Below, one piece after another: positions 13,701-28,500 of a DNA stretch of 64,000 nt. Source of the DNA: Eledone cirrhosa (Eukaryota); contig OZ024744.1 of the NCBI GenBank assembly GCA_964016885.1, positions 10,788,001-10,852,000 on the forward strand. Direction: 5' to 3'. The position numbers and the translations under genes were made by a program. The notes below the pieces were generated by a model, which was not told the origin of the DNA, searched no databases, and saw nothing but the letters and a program-made list of their open reading frames with translations. Numbering within the stretch: position 1 is the first letter of the stretch; each line of letters begins with the position of its first letter.

Positions 13701-14784
13701 TTGTACTCCAATATGTTGTGTTGTTGTACTCCAATATGTTGTGTTGTTGTACTCCAATATGTTGTGTTGTTGTACTCCAATATATCATGTTGTCGTACTC
13801 CAATATGTCATGATGTTGTACTCCAATATGTCGTGTTCTTGTACTCCAATATGTCGTGTTGTCGTACTGCAATATGTTGTGTTGTTGTACTCCAATATGT
13901 TGTGCTGTTGTACTCCAATATGTTGTGCTGTTGTACTCCAATATGTTGTGTTGTTATACTCCAATATGTTGTGCTGTTGTACTCCAATACGTCGTGTTGT
14001 ACTCCAATATGTTGTGTTGTTATACTCCAATATGTTATGTTGTTGTACTCCAATATGTCTTGTTGTTGTACTCCAATATGTTTTGATGTTGTACCCCAAT
14101 ATGTTGTGTTGTTGTACTCCAATATGTTTTGATGTTGTACTCCAATATGTTGTGTTGTTGTACTCCAATATGTTTTGATGTTGTACTCCAATATGTTGTG
14201 TTGTTATAGTCCAATATGTCGTGTTGTTGTACTCCAATATGTTATGTAGTAGTATTCCAATATTTCGTGTTGTTGTACCCCAATATGTCTTGTTGTTTAT
14301 ACTCCAATATGTCTTGCTGTTGTACTCCAATATGTTGTGTTGCTGTACTCCAATATGTTGTGTTGTTATTCTCCAATATGTTGTGCTGTTGTACTCCAAT
14401 GTGTTATGTTGTTATACTCCAATATCTTGTGCTGTGCTACTCCAATATATTGTGTTGTTGTACTCCAATGTGTTGTGTTGTTATACTCCAATATGTTGTG
14501 TTGACTTACTCCAATATGTTGTGTTGTTGTACTCCAATCTGTTGTGTTGTTATACTCCAATATGTTGTGTTGTTATACTCCAATATGTTGTGTTGTTTTA
14601 CTCCAATATGTTGTGTTGTTGTACTCCAATATGTTGTGTTGTTGTACTCCAATATGTTGTGTTGTTGTAATCCAATATCTTGTGTTGTTATACTCCAATA
14701 TGTTGTGCTGTTGTACTCCAATATGTTGTGTTATACTCCAATATGTTGTGTTGTTTTACTCCAATATGTTGTTGTTGTACTCCA

Positions 14785-17700
14785 ATATGTTGTATTGTTG
14801 TTCTCAAATATGTCATGTTATACTCCAATAAGTTGTGTTCTTGTACTCCAATATGTTGTGTTGTTGTACTCCAATATATCATGTTGTCGTACTCCAATAT
14901 GTCATGTTATACTCCAATATGTCGTTGGTATACTCCAATATGTCATGTTGTACTCCAATGTGTCGTATTGTTGTACTCCAATATGTTTTGATGTTGTACT
15001 CCAATATGTTGTGTTGTTGTACTCCAATATGTTGTGTAGCCGTACTCCAATATGTTGTGTTGTTATACTCCAATATGTTATGTTGTTGTACTCCAATATG
15101 TCATGTTGTTGTACTCCAATATGTTTTGATGTTGTACTCCAATATGTTGTGTTGTTGTACTCCAATATGGGTTGATGTTGTACTCCAATATGTTGTGTTG
15201 TTGTACTCCAATATGATGTGTAGTCGTACTCCAATATGTTGTGTTGTTGTACTCCAATATGCTGTGATGTTGTACTCCAATGCGTTGTGTTGTTGTACTC
15301 CAATATGCTGTGTTGTTGTACTCCAATATGCTGTGTTGTTGTACTCCAATATGTTGTGTTGTTGTACTCCAATATGTTGTGTTGTTGTAATCCAATATCT
15401 TGTGTTGTTATACTCCAATATGTTATGCTGTTGTACTCCAATATGTTGAGTTGTTATACTCCAATATGTAGTGTTGTTATACTCCAATATGTTGTGTTGT
15501 TGTACTCCAATCTGTTGCGTTATACTCCAATATGTTGTGTTGTTATACTCCAATATGTTGTGTTGTTATACTCCAATATGTTGTGTTGTTTTACTCCAAT
15601 ATATTGTATTGTTGATCTCCAATATGTCATATTATACTCCAATAAGTTGTGTTCTTGTACTCCAATATGTGTTGTTGTTGTACTCCAATATGTTGCGTTG
15701 TTGTACTCCAATATATCATGTTGTCGTACTCCAATATGTCATGTTATACTCCAATATGTTTTGATGCTGTACTCCAATATGTTGTGTTGTTGTACTACAA
15801 TATGTTGTGTTGTTGTACTCCAATATGTTGTGTTGTTATACTCCAATATGTTGTGCTGTTGTACTCCAATATGTTGTGTTGTTATACTCCAATATGTAGT
15901 GTTGTTATACTCCAATATGTTGTGTTGTTGTACTCCAATCTGTTGTGTTGTTATACTCCAATATATTGTGTTGTTATACTCCAATATGTTGTGTTGTTTT
16001 ACTCCAATATGTTGTGTTGTTGTACTCCAATATGTTGTATTGTTGTTCTCCAATATTTCATGTTATACTCCAATAAGTTGTGTTCTTGTACTCCAATATG
16101 TTGTGTTGTTGTACTCCAATATGTTGTGTTGTTGTACTCCAATATATCATGTTGTCGTACTCCAATATGTCATGTTATACTCCAATATGTCGTTGTTATA
16201 CTCCAATAGGTCATGATGTTGTACTCCAATATGTCGCGTTGTCGTACTCCAATATGTTGTGTTGTACTCCAATACGTTGTGCTGTTGTACTCCAATATGT
16301 TGTGTTGTTGTACCCCAATATGTTGTGTTGTTATACTCCAATATGTTGTGCTGTTGTACTCCAATATTTCGTGTTATTGTACTCCAATACGTCGTGTTGT
16401 ACTCCAATATGTTGTATTGTTATACTCCAATATGTTATGTTGTTGTACTCCAATATGTCTTGTTGTTGTACTCCAATATGTTTTGATGTTGTACTCCAAT
16501 ATGTTGTGTTGTTGTACTCCAATATGTTTTGATGTTGTACTCCAATATGTTGTGTTGTTGTACTCCAATATGTTGTGTAGTCGTACTCCAATATGTTGCG
16601 TTGTTGTACTCTAATGTGTTGTGTTGTTATTCTCCAATATGTTGTGATGTTGTACTCCAATGCGTTGTGTTGTTGTACTCCAATGTGATGTGTTGTTGTA
16701 CTCCAATATGTTGTGCTGTTGTACTCCAATATTTTTTGTTTTTTGTACTCCAATATGTTGTGTTGTTATACTCCAATATGTTGTGTTATTATACTCCAAT
16801 ATGTTGTGCTGTTGTACTCCAAATCTCGTGTTGTTATACTCCAATGTGTTGTGTTGTTATACTCCAATATGGTGTGTTGTTGTACTCCAATATGTTGTAT
16901 TGTTTTCTCCAATATGTCATGTTATACTCCAATATGGTGTGTTCGTGTACTCCAATATGTTGTGTTATTTTACTCCAATATGTTGCGTTGTTGTACTCCA
17001 ATATGTTGTGTTGTTATACTCCAATATGTCGTGTGGCTGTACTCCAATATGTCATGTTGTTGTACTCCAATATGTCTTGTTATAGTCCAATATGTCGTGT
17101 TGTTGTACTCCAATATATCATGTAGTTGTACTCCAATATTTCGTGTTGTTGTACCCCAATATGTAGTGTTGTTTATACTCCAATATGTTTTGCTGTTGTA
17201 CTCCAATATGTTGTGTTGCTGTACTCCTATATGTTGTGTTGTTATTCTCCAATATGTTGTGCTGTTGTACTCCAATGTGTTGTGTTGTTATACTCCAATA
17301 TGTTGTGTTGATTTACTCCAATATGTTGTGTTGTTGTACTCCAATCTGTTGTGTTGTTATACTCCAATGTGTTGTGTTGTTATACTCCAATATGTTGTGT
17401 TGTTGTAGTCCAATATGTTGTGTTGTCGTACTCCAATATGTTGTGTTCTTATACTCCAATATTTCGTGTGGTTGTACTCCAATATGTCATGGTGTTGTAC
17501 TTCAATATGTCGTGTTGTTTTACTCCAATATGTTGTGTTGTTGTACTCCAATATGCTGTGTTGTTGTACTCCAATATGTTGTGTTGTTATACTCCAATAT
17601 GTTGTGTTGTTGTACTCCAATATCTTGTGTTGTTATACTCCAATATGCTGTGTTGTTATACTCCAATATGTTGTGTTGTTGTACTCCAATATGTTGTGCT

Positions 17701-17900
17701 GTTATACTCCAATATGATGTGCTGTTATACTCCAATATGTTGTGTTGTTGTACTCCAATATGTTGTGTTGTTGTACTCCAATATGTTGTGCCGTTGTACT
17801 CCAATATTTTTTTTGTTTTTGTACTCCAAAATGTTGTGTTGTTATACTCCAATATGTTGTGTTGTTATACACCCATGTGGTGTGCTGTTGTAATCCAATA
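14785..17900 (+). repeat. Higher-order block A, copy 2
   Basis: The order of variant monomers matches 1-3140, including TACACCCATGTGG at ~3107 and ~17868. The copies diverge just after GTAATCCAATATGTT (~3143 vs ~17904). Confidence 0.9.
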
Positions 17901-20900
17901 TGTTATGTTGTACTCCAATATGTTGTGTTGTTATACTCCAATATGTAGTGTTGTTATACTCCAATATGTTGTGTTGTTGTACTCCAATCTGTTGTGTTAT
18001 ACTCCAATATGTTGTGTTGTTATACTCCAATATGTTGTGTCGTTATACTCCAATATGTTGTGTTGTTTTACTCCAATATGTTGTGTTGTTGTACTCCAAT
18101 ATGTTGTATTGTTGTTCTCCAATATGTCATGCTATACTCCAATAAGTTGTGTTCTTGTACTCCAATGTGTTTTGTTGTTGTACTCCAATATGTTGTGTTG
18201 TTGTACTCCAATATATCATGTTGTCGTACTCCAATATGTCATGTTATACTCCAATATGTCGTTGTTATACTCCAATATGTCATGTTGCTGTACTCCAACA
18301 TGTCGTGTTGTAGTACTCCAATATGTGTTGATGTTGTACTCCAATATGTTGTGTTGTTGTACTCCAATATGTTGTGTTGTTGTACTCCAATATGTCATGT
18401 TGTTGTACTCCGATATTTCGTGTTGTTCTACTCCAATATTTCGTGTTGTTGTACTCCAATATTTCGTGTTGTTGTACTCCAATATGTCGTGGTGTTGTAC
18501 TCCAATATGTTTTGATGTTGTACTCCAATATGTCGTGTTGTTGTACTCCAATATGTTGTGATGTTGTACTCCAATATGCTGTGTTGTTATACTCCTATAT
18601 ATTGTGCTGTTGTACTTCAATATGTTGTGTTCTACTCCAATATGTTGTGTTGTTATACTCCAATATGTTGTGTTGTTGTACTCCAATATGTTGTGTTGTT
18701 GTACTCCAATATGTTGTGTTGTTGTACTCCAATATGTGATGTTGTTGTACTCCAATATGTCGTATTGTTGTACTCCAATATATTGTGTTGTTATACTCCA
18801 ATATTTCGTGTTGTTTTAGTCCAATATGTCATGATGTTTTACTCCAATATTTCGTGTTGTTGTACTCCAATATGTCATGGTGTTGTACTTGAATATGTCG
18901 TATTGTTGTACTCCAATATGTTGTGTTGTTGTTCTCCAATATGTCGTGTTGTTATACTCCAATATGTTATGATGTTGTACTCCAATATATTGTGTTGTTG
19001 TACTCCAATATGTTGTGTTGCTGTACTCCAATATGTTGTGCCGTTGTACTCCAATATGTTGTGTTGTTGTACTCCAATATGTTGTGTTGTTGTACTCCAA
19101 TATGTTGTGTTGTTGTACTCCAATATGTTGTGTTGTTGTACTCCAATATGTTGTGTTGTTGTACTCCAATAGGTTGTGTTGTTATACTCCAATATATTGT
19201 GCTGTTGTACTCTAATATTTCATGTTGTTGCACTCCAATACGTCGTGTTGTACTCCAATATGTTTTGATGTTGTACTCCAATATGTTGTGTTGTTGTACT
19301 CCAATATGTTGTGTTGTTGTACTCCAATCTGTTGTGTTGTTATACTCCAATATATTGTGTTGTTATACTCCAATATGTTGTGTTGTTTTACTCCAATATG
19401 TTGTGTTGTTGTACTCCAATATGTTGTATTGTTGTTCTCCAATATTTCATGTTATACTCCAATAAGTTGTGTTCTTGTACTCCAATATGTTGTGTTGTTG
19501 TACTCCAATATGTTGTGTTGTTGTACTCCAATATATCATGTTGTCGTACTCCAATATGTCATGTTATACTCCAATATGTCGTTGTTATACTCCAATAGGT
19601 CATGATGTTGTACTCCAATATGTCGCGTTGTCGTACTCCAATATGTTGTGTTGTACTCCAATACGTTGTGCTGTTGTACTCCAATATGTTGTGTTGTTGT
19701 ACCCCAATATGTTGTGTTATACTCCAATATGTTGTGCTGTTGTACTCCAATATTTCGTGTTATTGTACTCCAATACGTCGTGTTGTACTCCAATATGTTG
19801 TATTGTTATACTCCAATATGTTATGTTGTTGTACTCCAATATGTCTTGTTGTTGTACTCCAATATGTTTTGATGTTGTACTCCAATATGTTGTGTTGTTG
19901 TACTCCAATATGTTTTGATGTTGTACTCCAATATGTTGTGTTGTTGTACTCCAATATGTCGTGTAGTCGTACTCCAATATGTTGCGTTGTTGTACTCTAA
20001 TGTGTTGTGTTGTTATTCTCCAATATGTTGTGATGTTGTACTCCAATGCGTTGTGTTGTTGTACTCCAATGTGATGTGTTGTTGTACTCCAATATGTTGT
20101 GCTGTTGTACTCCAATATTTTTTGTTTTTTGTACTCCAATATGTTGTGTTGTTATACTCCAATATGTTGTGTTATTATACTCCAATATGTTGTGCTGTTG
20201 TACTCCAATATGTTGTGTTGTTATACTCCAATGTGTTGTGTTGTTATACTCCAATATGGTGTGTTGTTGTACTCCAATATGTTGTATTGTTTTCTCCAAT
20301 ATGTCATGTTATACTCCAATATGGTGTGTTCGTGTACTCCAATATGTTGTGTTATTGTACTCCAATATGTTGCGTTGTTGTACTCCAATATGTTGTGTTG
20401 TTATACTCCAATATGTCGTGTGGCTGTACTCCAATATGTCATGTTGTTGTACTCCAATATGTCTTGTTATAGTCCAATATGTCGTGTTGTTGTACTCCAA
20501 TATATCATGTAGTTGTACTCCAATATTTCGTGTTGTTGTAACCCAATATGTAGTGTTGTTTATACTCCAATATGTTTTGCTGTTGTACTCCAATATGTTG
20601 TGTTGCTGTACTCCTATATGTTGTGTTGTTATTCTCCAATATGTTGTGCTGTTGTACTCCAATGTGTTGTGTTGTTATACTCCAATATGTTGTGTTGATT
20701 TACTCCAATATGTTGTGTTGTTGTACTCCAATCTGTTGTGTTGTTATACTCCAATGTGTTGTGTTGTTATACTCCAATATGTTGTGTTGTTGTAGTCCAA
20801 TATGTTGTGTTGTCGTACTCCAATATGTTGTGTTCTTATACTCCAATATTTCGTGTGGTTGTACTCCAATATGTCATGGTGTTGTACTTCAATATGTCGT

Positions 20901-22580
20901 GTTGTTTTACTCCAATATGTTGTGTTGTTGTACTCCAATATGCTGTGTTGTTGTACTCCAATATGTTGTGTTGTTATACTCCAATATGTTGTGTTGTTGT
21001 ACTCCAATATCTTGTGTTGTTATACTCCAATATGTTGTGTTGTTATACTCCAATATGTTGTGTTGTTGTACTCCAATATGTTGTGCTGTTATACTCCAAT
21101 ATGATGTGCTGTTATACTCCAATATGTTGTGTTGTTGTACTCCAATATGTTGTGTTGTTGTACTCCAATATGTTGTGCCGTTGTACTCCAATATTTTTTT
21201 GTTTTTGTACTCCAAAATGTTGTGTTGTTATACTCCAATATGTTGTGTTGTTATACACCCATGTGGTGTGCTGTTGTAATCCAATATGTTATGTTGTACT
21301 CCAATATGTTGTGTTGTTATACTCCAATATGTAGTGTTGTTATACTCCAATATGTTGTGTTGTTGTACTCCAATCTGTTGTGTTATACTCCAATATGTTG
21401 TGTTGTTATACTCCAATATGTTGTGTCGTTATACTCCAATATGTTGTGTTGTTTTACTCCAATATGTTGTGTTGTTGTACTCCAATATGTTGTATTGTTG
21501 TTCTCCAATATGTCATGCTATACTCCAATAAGTTGTGTTCTTGTACTCCAATGTGTTTTGTTGTTGTACTCCAATATGTTGTGTTGTTGTACTCCAATAT
21601 ATCATGTTGTCGTACTCCAATATGTCATGTTATACTCCAATATGTCGTTGTTATACTCCAATATGTCATGTTGCTGTACTCCAACATGTCGTGTTGTAGT
21701 ACTCCAATATGTGTTGATGTTGTACTCCAATATGTTGTGTTGTTGTACTCCAATATGTTGTGTTGTTGTACTCCAATATGTCATGTTGTTGTACTCCGAT
21801 ATTTCGTGTTGTTCTACTCCAATATTTCGTGTTGTTGTACTCCAATATGTCGTGGTGTTGTACTCCAATATGTTTTGATGTTGTACTCCAATATGTCGTG
21901 TTGTTGTACTCCAATATGTTGTGATGTTGTACTCCAATATGCTGTGTTGTTATACTCCTATATATTGTGCTGTTGTACTTCAATATGTTGTGTTCTACTC
22001 CAATATGTTGTGTTGTTATACTCCAATATGTTGTGTTGTTGTACTCCAATATGTTGTGTTGTTGTACTCCAATATGTGATGTTGTTGTACTCCAATATGT
22101 CGTATTGTTGTACTCCAATATATTGTGTTGTTATACTCCAATATTTCGTGTTGTTTTAGTCCAATATGTCATGATGTTTTACTCCAATATTTCGTGTTGT
22201 TGTACTCCAATATGTCATGGTGTTGTACTTGAATATGTCGTATTGTTGTACTCCAATATGTTGTGTTGTTGTTCTCCAATATGTCGTGTTGTTATACTCC
22301 AATATGTTATGATGTTGTACTCCAATATATTGTGTTGTTGTACTCCAATATGTTGTGTTGCTGTACTCCAATATGTTGTGCCGTTGTACTCCAATATGTT
22401 GTGTTGTTGTACTCCAATATGTTGTGTTGTTGTACTCCAATATGTTGTGTTGTTGTACTCCAATATGTTGTGTTGTTGTACTCCAATATGTTGTGTTGTT
22501 GTACTCCAATAGGTTGTGTTGTTATACTCCAATATATTGTGCTGTTGTACTCTAATATTTCGTGTTGTTGCACTCCAATA
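15930..22580 (+). repeat. Tandem duplication with a period of ~3.34-3.39 kb (~15930-19300 and ~19300-22580)
   Basis: ORF offsets are 3389 (16080 vs 19469), 3386 (16331 vs 19717; 17842 vs 21228) and 3340 (18816 vs 22156). The private marker GTACTTGAATATG is at ~18885 and ~22225. Confidence 0.88.
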
Positions 22581-25500
22581 CGTCGTGTTGTTGTACTCCA
22601 ATATGTTTTGATGTTGTACTCCAATATGTTGTGTTGTTGTACTCCAATATGTTTTGATGTTATACTCCAATATGTTGTGTTGTTGTACTCCAATATGTTG
22701 TGTAGTCGTACTCCAATATGTTGTGTTGTTGTACTCCAATATGCTGTGATGTTGTACTCCAATATGATGTGATGCTGTACTCCAATGCGTTGTGTTGTTG
22801 TACTCCAATGTGATGTGTTGTTGTACTCCAATATGTTGTGCCGTTGTACTCCAATATTTTTTTTATTTTTGTACTCCAATATGTTGTGTTGTTATACTCC
22901 AATATGTTGTGTTGTTATACTCCAATGTGTTGTGTTGTTATACTCCAATATGGTGTGTTGTTGTACTCCAATATGTTGTATTGTTTTTTTTCCAATATGT
23001 CATGTTATACTCCAATATGTTGTGTTCGTGTACTCCAATATGTTGTGTTATTGTACTCCAATACGTTGCGTTGTTGTACTCCAATATGTTGTGTTGTTAT
23101 ACTCCAATATGACGTGTGGCTGTACTCCAATATGTCATGTTGTTGTACTCCAATATGTCTTGTTATAGTCCAATATGTCGTGTTGTTGTACTCCAATATG
23201 TCATGTAGTTGTATTCCAATATTTCGTGTTCTTGTACCCCAATATGTCGTGTTGTTTATACTCCAATATGTTTTGCTGTTGTACTCCAATATGTTGTGTT
23301 GCTGTACTCCAATATGTTGTGTTGTTATTCTCCAATATGTTGTGCTGTTGTACTCCAATGTGTTATGTTGTTATACTCCAATATGTTGTGCTGTGCTACT
23401 CCAATATATTGTGTTGTTGTACTCCAATGTGTTGTGTTGTTATACTCCAATATGTTGTGTTGATTTACTCCAATATGTTGTGTTGTTGTACTCCAATCTG
23501 TTGTGTTGTTATACTCCAATATGTTGTGTTGTTATACTCCAATATGTTGTGTTGTTTTCCTCCAATATGTTGTGTTGTTGTACTCCAATATGTTGTGTTG
23601 TTGTACTCCAATATGTTGTGTTGTTGTAATCCAATATCTTGTGTTGTTATACTCCAATATGTTGTGTTGTTGTACTCCAATATGTTGTGTTGTTATACTC
23701 CAATAGTTGTGTTGTGATACTCCAATATGTTGTGCTGTTGTACTCCCATATGTTGTGTTGTTATACTCCAATATGTTGTGTTGTTTTACTCCAATATGTT
23801 GTGTTGTTGTACTCCAATATGTTGTATTGTTGTTCTCCAATATGTCATGTTATACTCCAATAAGTTGTGTTCTTTTACTCCAATATGTTGTGTTGTTGTA
23901 CTCTAATATATCATGTTGTCGTACTCCAATATGTCATGTTATACTCCAATATGTCGTTGTTATACTCCAATATGTCATGTTGTTGTACTCCAATATGTCG
24001 TATTGTTGTACTCCAATATGTTTTGATGTTGTACTCAAATATGTTGTGTTGTTGTACTCCAATATGTTGTGTAGTCGTACTCCAATATGTTGTATTGTTA
24101 TACTCCAATATGGTGTGCTGTTGTACTCCAATATGTTCTGTTGTTGTACTCCAATATGTCGTATTGTTGTACTCCAATATGTTTTGATGTTGTACTCCAA
24201 TATGTTGTGTTGTTGTACTCCAATATGTTGTGTAGTCGTACTCCAATATGTTGTATTGTTATACTCCAATATGTTGTGCTGTTGTACTCCAATATGTTCT
24301 GTTGTTGTACTCCAATATATTGTGTTGTTGTACTCCAATATGTCATGGTGTTGTACTTCAATATGTCGTATTGTTGTACTCCAATATGTTGTGTTGTTCT
24401 CCAATATGTCGTGTTGTTATACTCCAATATGTTATGATGTTGTACTCCAATATATTGTGTTGTTGTACTCCAATATGTTGTGTTGCTCTACTCCAATATG
24501 TTGTGTCGTTGTACTCCAATATGTTGTGTTGTTATACTCCAATATGTTGTGCTGTTGTACTCCAATATGTCATGTTGTTGTACTTCGATATTTCGTGTTG
24601 TTGTACTCCAACATGTCGTGTTTTTGTACTCCAATATGTTTTGATGTTGTACTCCAATATGTTGTGTTGCTGTACTCCAATATGTTGTATTGTTGTACTC
24701 CAATATGCTTGTTGTTATACTCCTATATGTTGTGCTGTTGTACTCCAATATGTTGTGTTGTACTCCAATATGTTGTGTTGTTATACTCCAATATGTTGTG
24801 TTGTTGTACTCCAATATGTTGTGTTGTTGTACTCCAATATGTGATGTTGTTGTACTCCAATATGTCGTGATGTTGTACTCCAATATGCTGTGTTGTTATA
24901 CTCCACTATTTCGTGTTGTTATACTCCAATATGTTGTGTTGTTGTACTCCAATATGTTGTTTTGTTGTACTCCAATATGTCATGTTGTTGTACTCCAGTA
25001 TGTCTTGTTATACTCCAATATGTCGTTTTGCTGTACTCCAATATGTCATGATGTTGTACTCCAATATGTTTTGCTGTTGTACTCCACTGTGTTGTGTTGT
25101 TGAACTCCAATATGTTGTGTTGTTGTTCTCCAATATTTTGTGATCTTGTACTCCAATGTGTTGTGTTGTTATACTCCAATATGTTGTGTTGTTATACTCC
25201 AATATGTTGTGTTGTTATACTCCAATATGTTGTGTTGTTGTACTCCAATATGTTGTGTTGTGATACTCCAATATGTTGTGCTGCTGTACTCCAATATGTT
25301 GAGTTGTTATACTCCAATATGTAGTGTTGTTATACTTCAATGTGTTTTGTTGTTGTACTCCAATATGTTGTGTTGCTGTACTCCAATATGTTGTATTGTT
25401 GTACTCCAATATGTTGTGTTGTTGTACTCCAATATGTGATGTTGTTGTACTCCAATATGTCGGGTTGTTGTACTCCAATATGTTGTGTTGTTATACTCCA

Positions 25501-28500
25501 ATATTTCGTGTTGTTTTACTCCAATATGTCATGCTGTTGTACTCCAATATGTTTTGCTGTTGTACTCCACTGTGTTGTGTTGTTGAACTCCAATATGTTG
25601 TGTTGTTGTTCTCCAATATTTTGTGCTGTTGTACTCCAATTTGTGTTGTTGTACTCCAATATGTTATGTTGTTGTACTCCAATATGTTGTGTTGTTGTAC
25701 TCCAATATGTTGTGCTGTTATACTCCAATATTTCGTGTTGTTGTACTCCAATACGTCGTGTTGTTGTACTCCAATATGTTTTGATGTTGTACTCCAATAT
25801 GTTGTGTTGTTGTACTCCAATATGTTTTGATGTTGTACTCCAATATGTTGTGTTGTTGTACTCCAATATGTTGTGTAGGCGTACTCCAATATGTTGTGTT
25901 GTTGTACTCCAATATGATGTGATGTTGTACTCCAATATGATGTGATGTTGTACTCCAATGCGTTGTGTTGTTGTACTCCAATGTGATGTGTTGTTGTACT
26001 CCAATATGTTGTGTCGTTGTACTCTAATATTTTTTATTTTTGTACTCCAATATGTTGTGTTGTTATACTCCAATATGTTGTGCTGTTGTACTCCAAATCT
26101 CGTGTTGTTATACTCCAATGTGTTGTGTTGTTATACTCCAATATGGTGTGTTGTTGTACTCCAATATGTTGTATTGTTTTTTCCAATATGTCATGTTATA
26201 CTCCAATATGTTGTGTTCGTGTACTCCAATATGTTTGTTATTGTACTCCAATATGTTGCGTTGTTGTACTCCAATATGTTGTGTTGTTATACTCCAATAT
26301 GTTGTGTTGTTGTACTCCAATATGTTGTCTTGTTGTACTCCAAAAGGCCATGTTATCGTACTCCAATATGTCTTGTTATACTCCAATATGTCGTGTGGCT
26401 GTACTCCAATATGTCATGTTGTTGTACTCCAATATGTCTTGTTATAGTCCAATATGTCGTGTTGTTGTACTCCAATATGTCATGTAGTTGTATTCCAATA
26501 TTTCGTGTTGTTGTACCCCAATATGTCGTGTTGTTTATACTCCAATATGTTTTGCTGTTGTACTCCAATATGTTGTGTTGCTGTACTCCAATATGTTGTG
26601 TTGTTATTCTCCAATATGTTGTGCTGTTGTACTCCAATGTGTTATGTTGTTATACTCCAATATGTTGTGCTGTGCTACTCCAATATATTGTGTTGTTGTA
26701 CTCCAATGTGTTGTGTTGTTATACTCCAATATGTTGTGTTGATTTACTCCAATATGTTGTGTTGTTGTACTCCAATCTGTTGTGTTGTTATACTCCAATA
26801 TGTTGTGTTGTTATACTCCAATATGTTGTGTTGTTTTACTCCAATATGTTGTGTTGTTGTACTCCAATATGTTGTGTTGTTGTACTCCAATATGTTGTGT
26901 TGTTGTAATCCAATATCTTGTGTTGTTATACTCCAATATGTTGTGTTGTTGTACTCCAATATGTTGTGTTGTTGTACTCCAATATGTTGTATTGTTGTTC
27001 TCCAATATGTCATGTTATACTCCAATAAGTTGTGTTATTGTACTCCAATGTGTTGTGTTGTTGTACTCCAATATATCATGTTGTCGTACTCCAATATGTC
27101 ATGTTATACTCCAATATGTCGTTGTTATACTCCAATATGTCATGTTGTTGTACTCCAATATGTCGTATTGTTGTACTCCAATATGTTTTGATGTTGTACT
27201 CCAATGTGTTGTGTTGTTGTACTCCAATATGTTGTGTAGTCGTACTCCAATATGTTGTATTGTTATACTCCAATATGTTGTGCTATTGTACTCCAATATG
27301 TTCTGTTGTTGTACTCCAATATATTGTGTTGTTGTACTCCAATATGTCGTGTTGTTGTACTCCAATATGTCGTGTTGTTGTACTCCAATATGTTGTGTTG
27401 TTGTACTCCAATATGTTGTGTTGTTGTACTCCAATATGTTGTGTTGTTATACTCCAATATGTTATGTTGTTGTACTCCAATATGTCATGTTGTTGTACTC
27501 CAATATGTTTTGATGTTGCACTCCAATATGTTGTGTTGTTGTACTCCAATATGTTGTGTAGTCGTACTCCAATATGTTGTGTTGTTGTACTCCAATATGC
27601 TGTGATGTTGTACTCCAATATGATGTGCTGTTGTACTCCAATGCGTTGTGTTGTTGTACTCCAATATGCTGTGTTGTTATACTCCAATATGTTGTGTTGT
27701 TGTACTCCAATATGTTGTGTTGTTGTACTCCAATATGTTGTGTTGTTGTAATCCAATATCTTGTGTTGTTATACTCCAATATGTTGTGCTGTTGTACTCC
27801 AATATGTTGAATTGTTATACTCCAATATGTTGTGTTGTTGTACTCCAATATGTTGTGTTGTTGTACTCCAATATGTTGTGTTATTGTACTCCAATATGTG
27901 ATGTTGTTGTACTCCAATATGTCGTGATGTTGTACTCCAATATGTTGTGTTGTTATACTCCACTATTTCATGTTGTTGTACTCCAATATGTCTTGTTGTT
28001 GTACTCCAATATGTTTTGATGTTGTACTCCAATATGTTGTGTTGTTGTACTCCAATATATCATGTTGTCGTACTCCAATATGTCATGTTATACTCCAATA
28101 TGTCGTTGTTATACTCCAATATGTCATGTTGTTGTACTCCAATATGTTGTGTTGTTGTACTCCGATATGTTGTGTTGGACTATACTCCAATATGTAGTGT
28201 TGTGGTAATCCAATATGTTGTGTTGTTGTACTCCAATATATAGTGATGTTGTACTCCAATATGTTGTGTTGTTATACTCCACTATTTCGTGTTGTTTTAC
28301 TCCAATATGTCATGTTGTTGTTCTCCAATATTTCGTGTTGTTGTACTCCAATATGTCATGGTGTTGTACTTCAATATGTCCTATTGTTGTACTCCAATAT
28401 GTTGTGTTGTTGTTCTCCAATATGTCGTGTTGTTATACTCCAATATGTTATGATGTTGTACTGCAATATATTGTGTTGTTGTACTCCAATATGTCTTGTT

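Noticed and set aside
17185-18561. Long ORFs (up to 458 aa; also 32581-33936 and 49347-50657) resembling Cys-rich, keratin-associated, metallothionein-like or membrane proteins
   Set aside because: All frames on a strand give the same peptide repeat, ORFs overlap everywhere, and starts and stops depend on random monomer variants. There is no unique domain and no codon-position bias. They are an artefact of a stop-free 23-mer.
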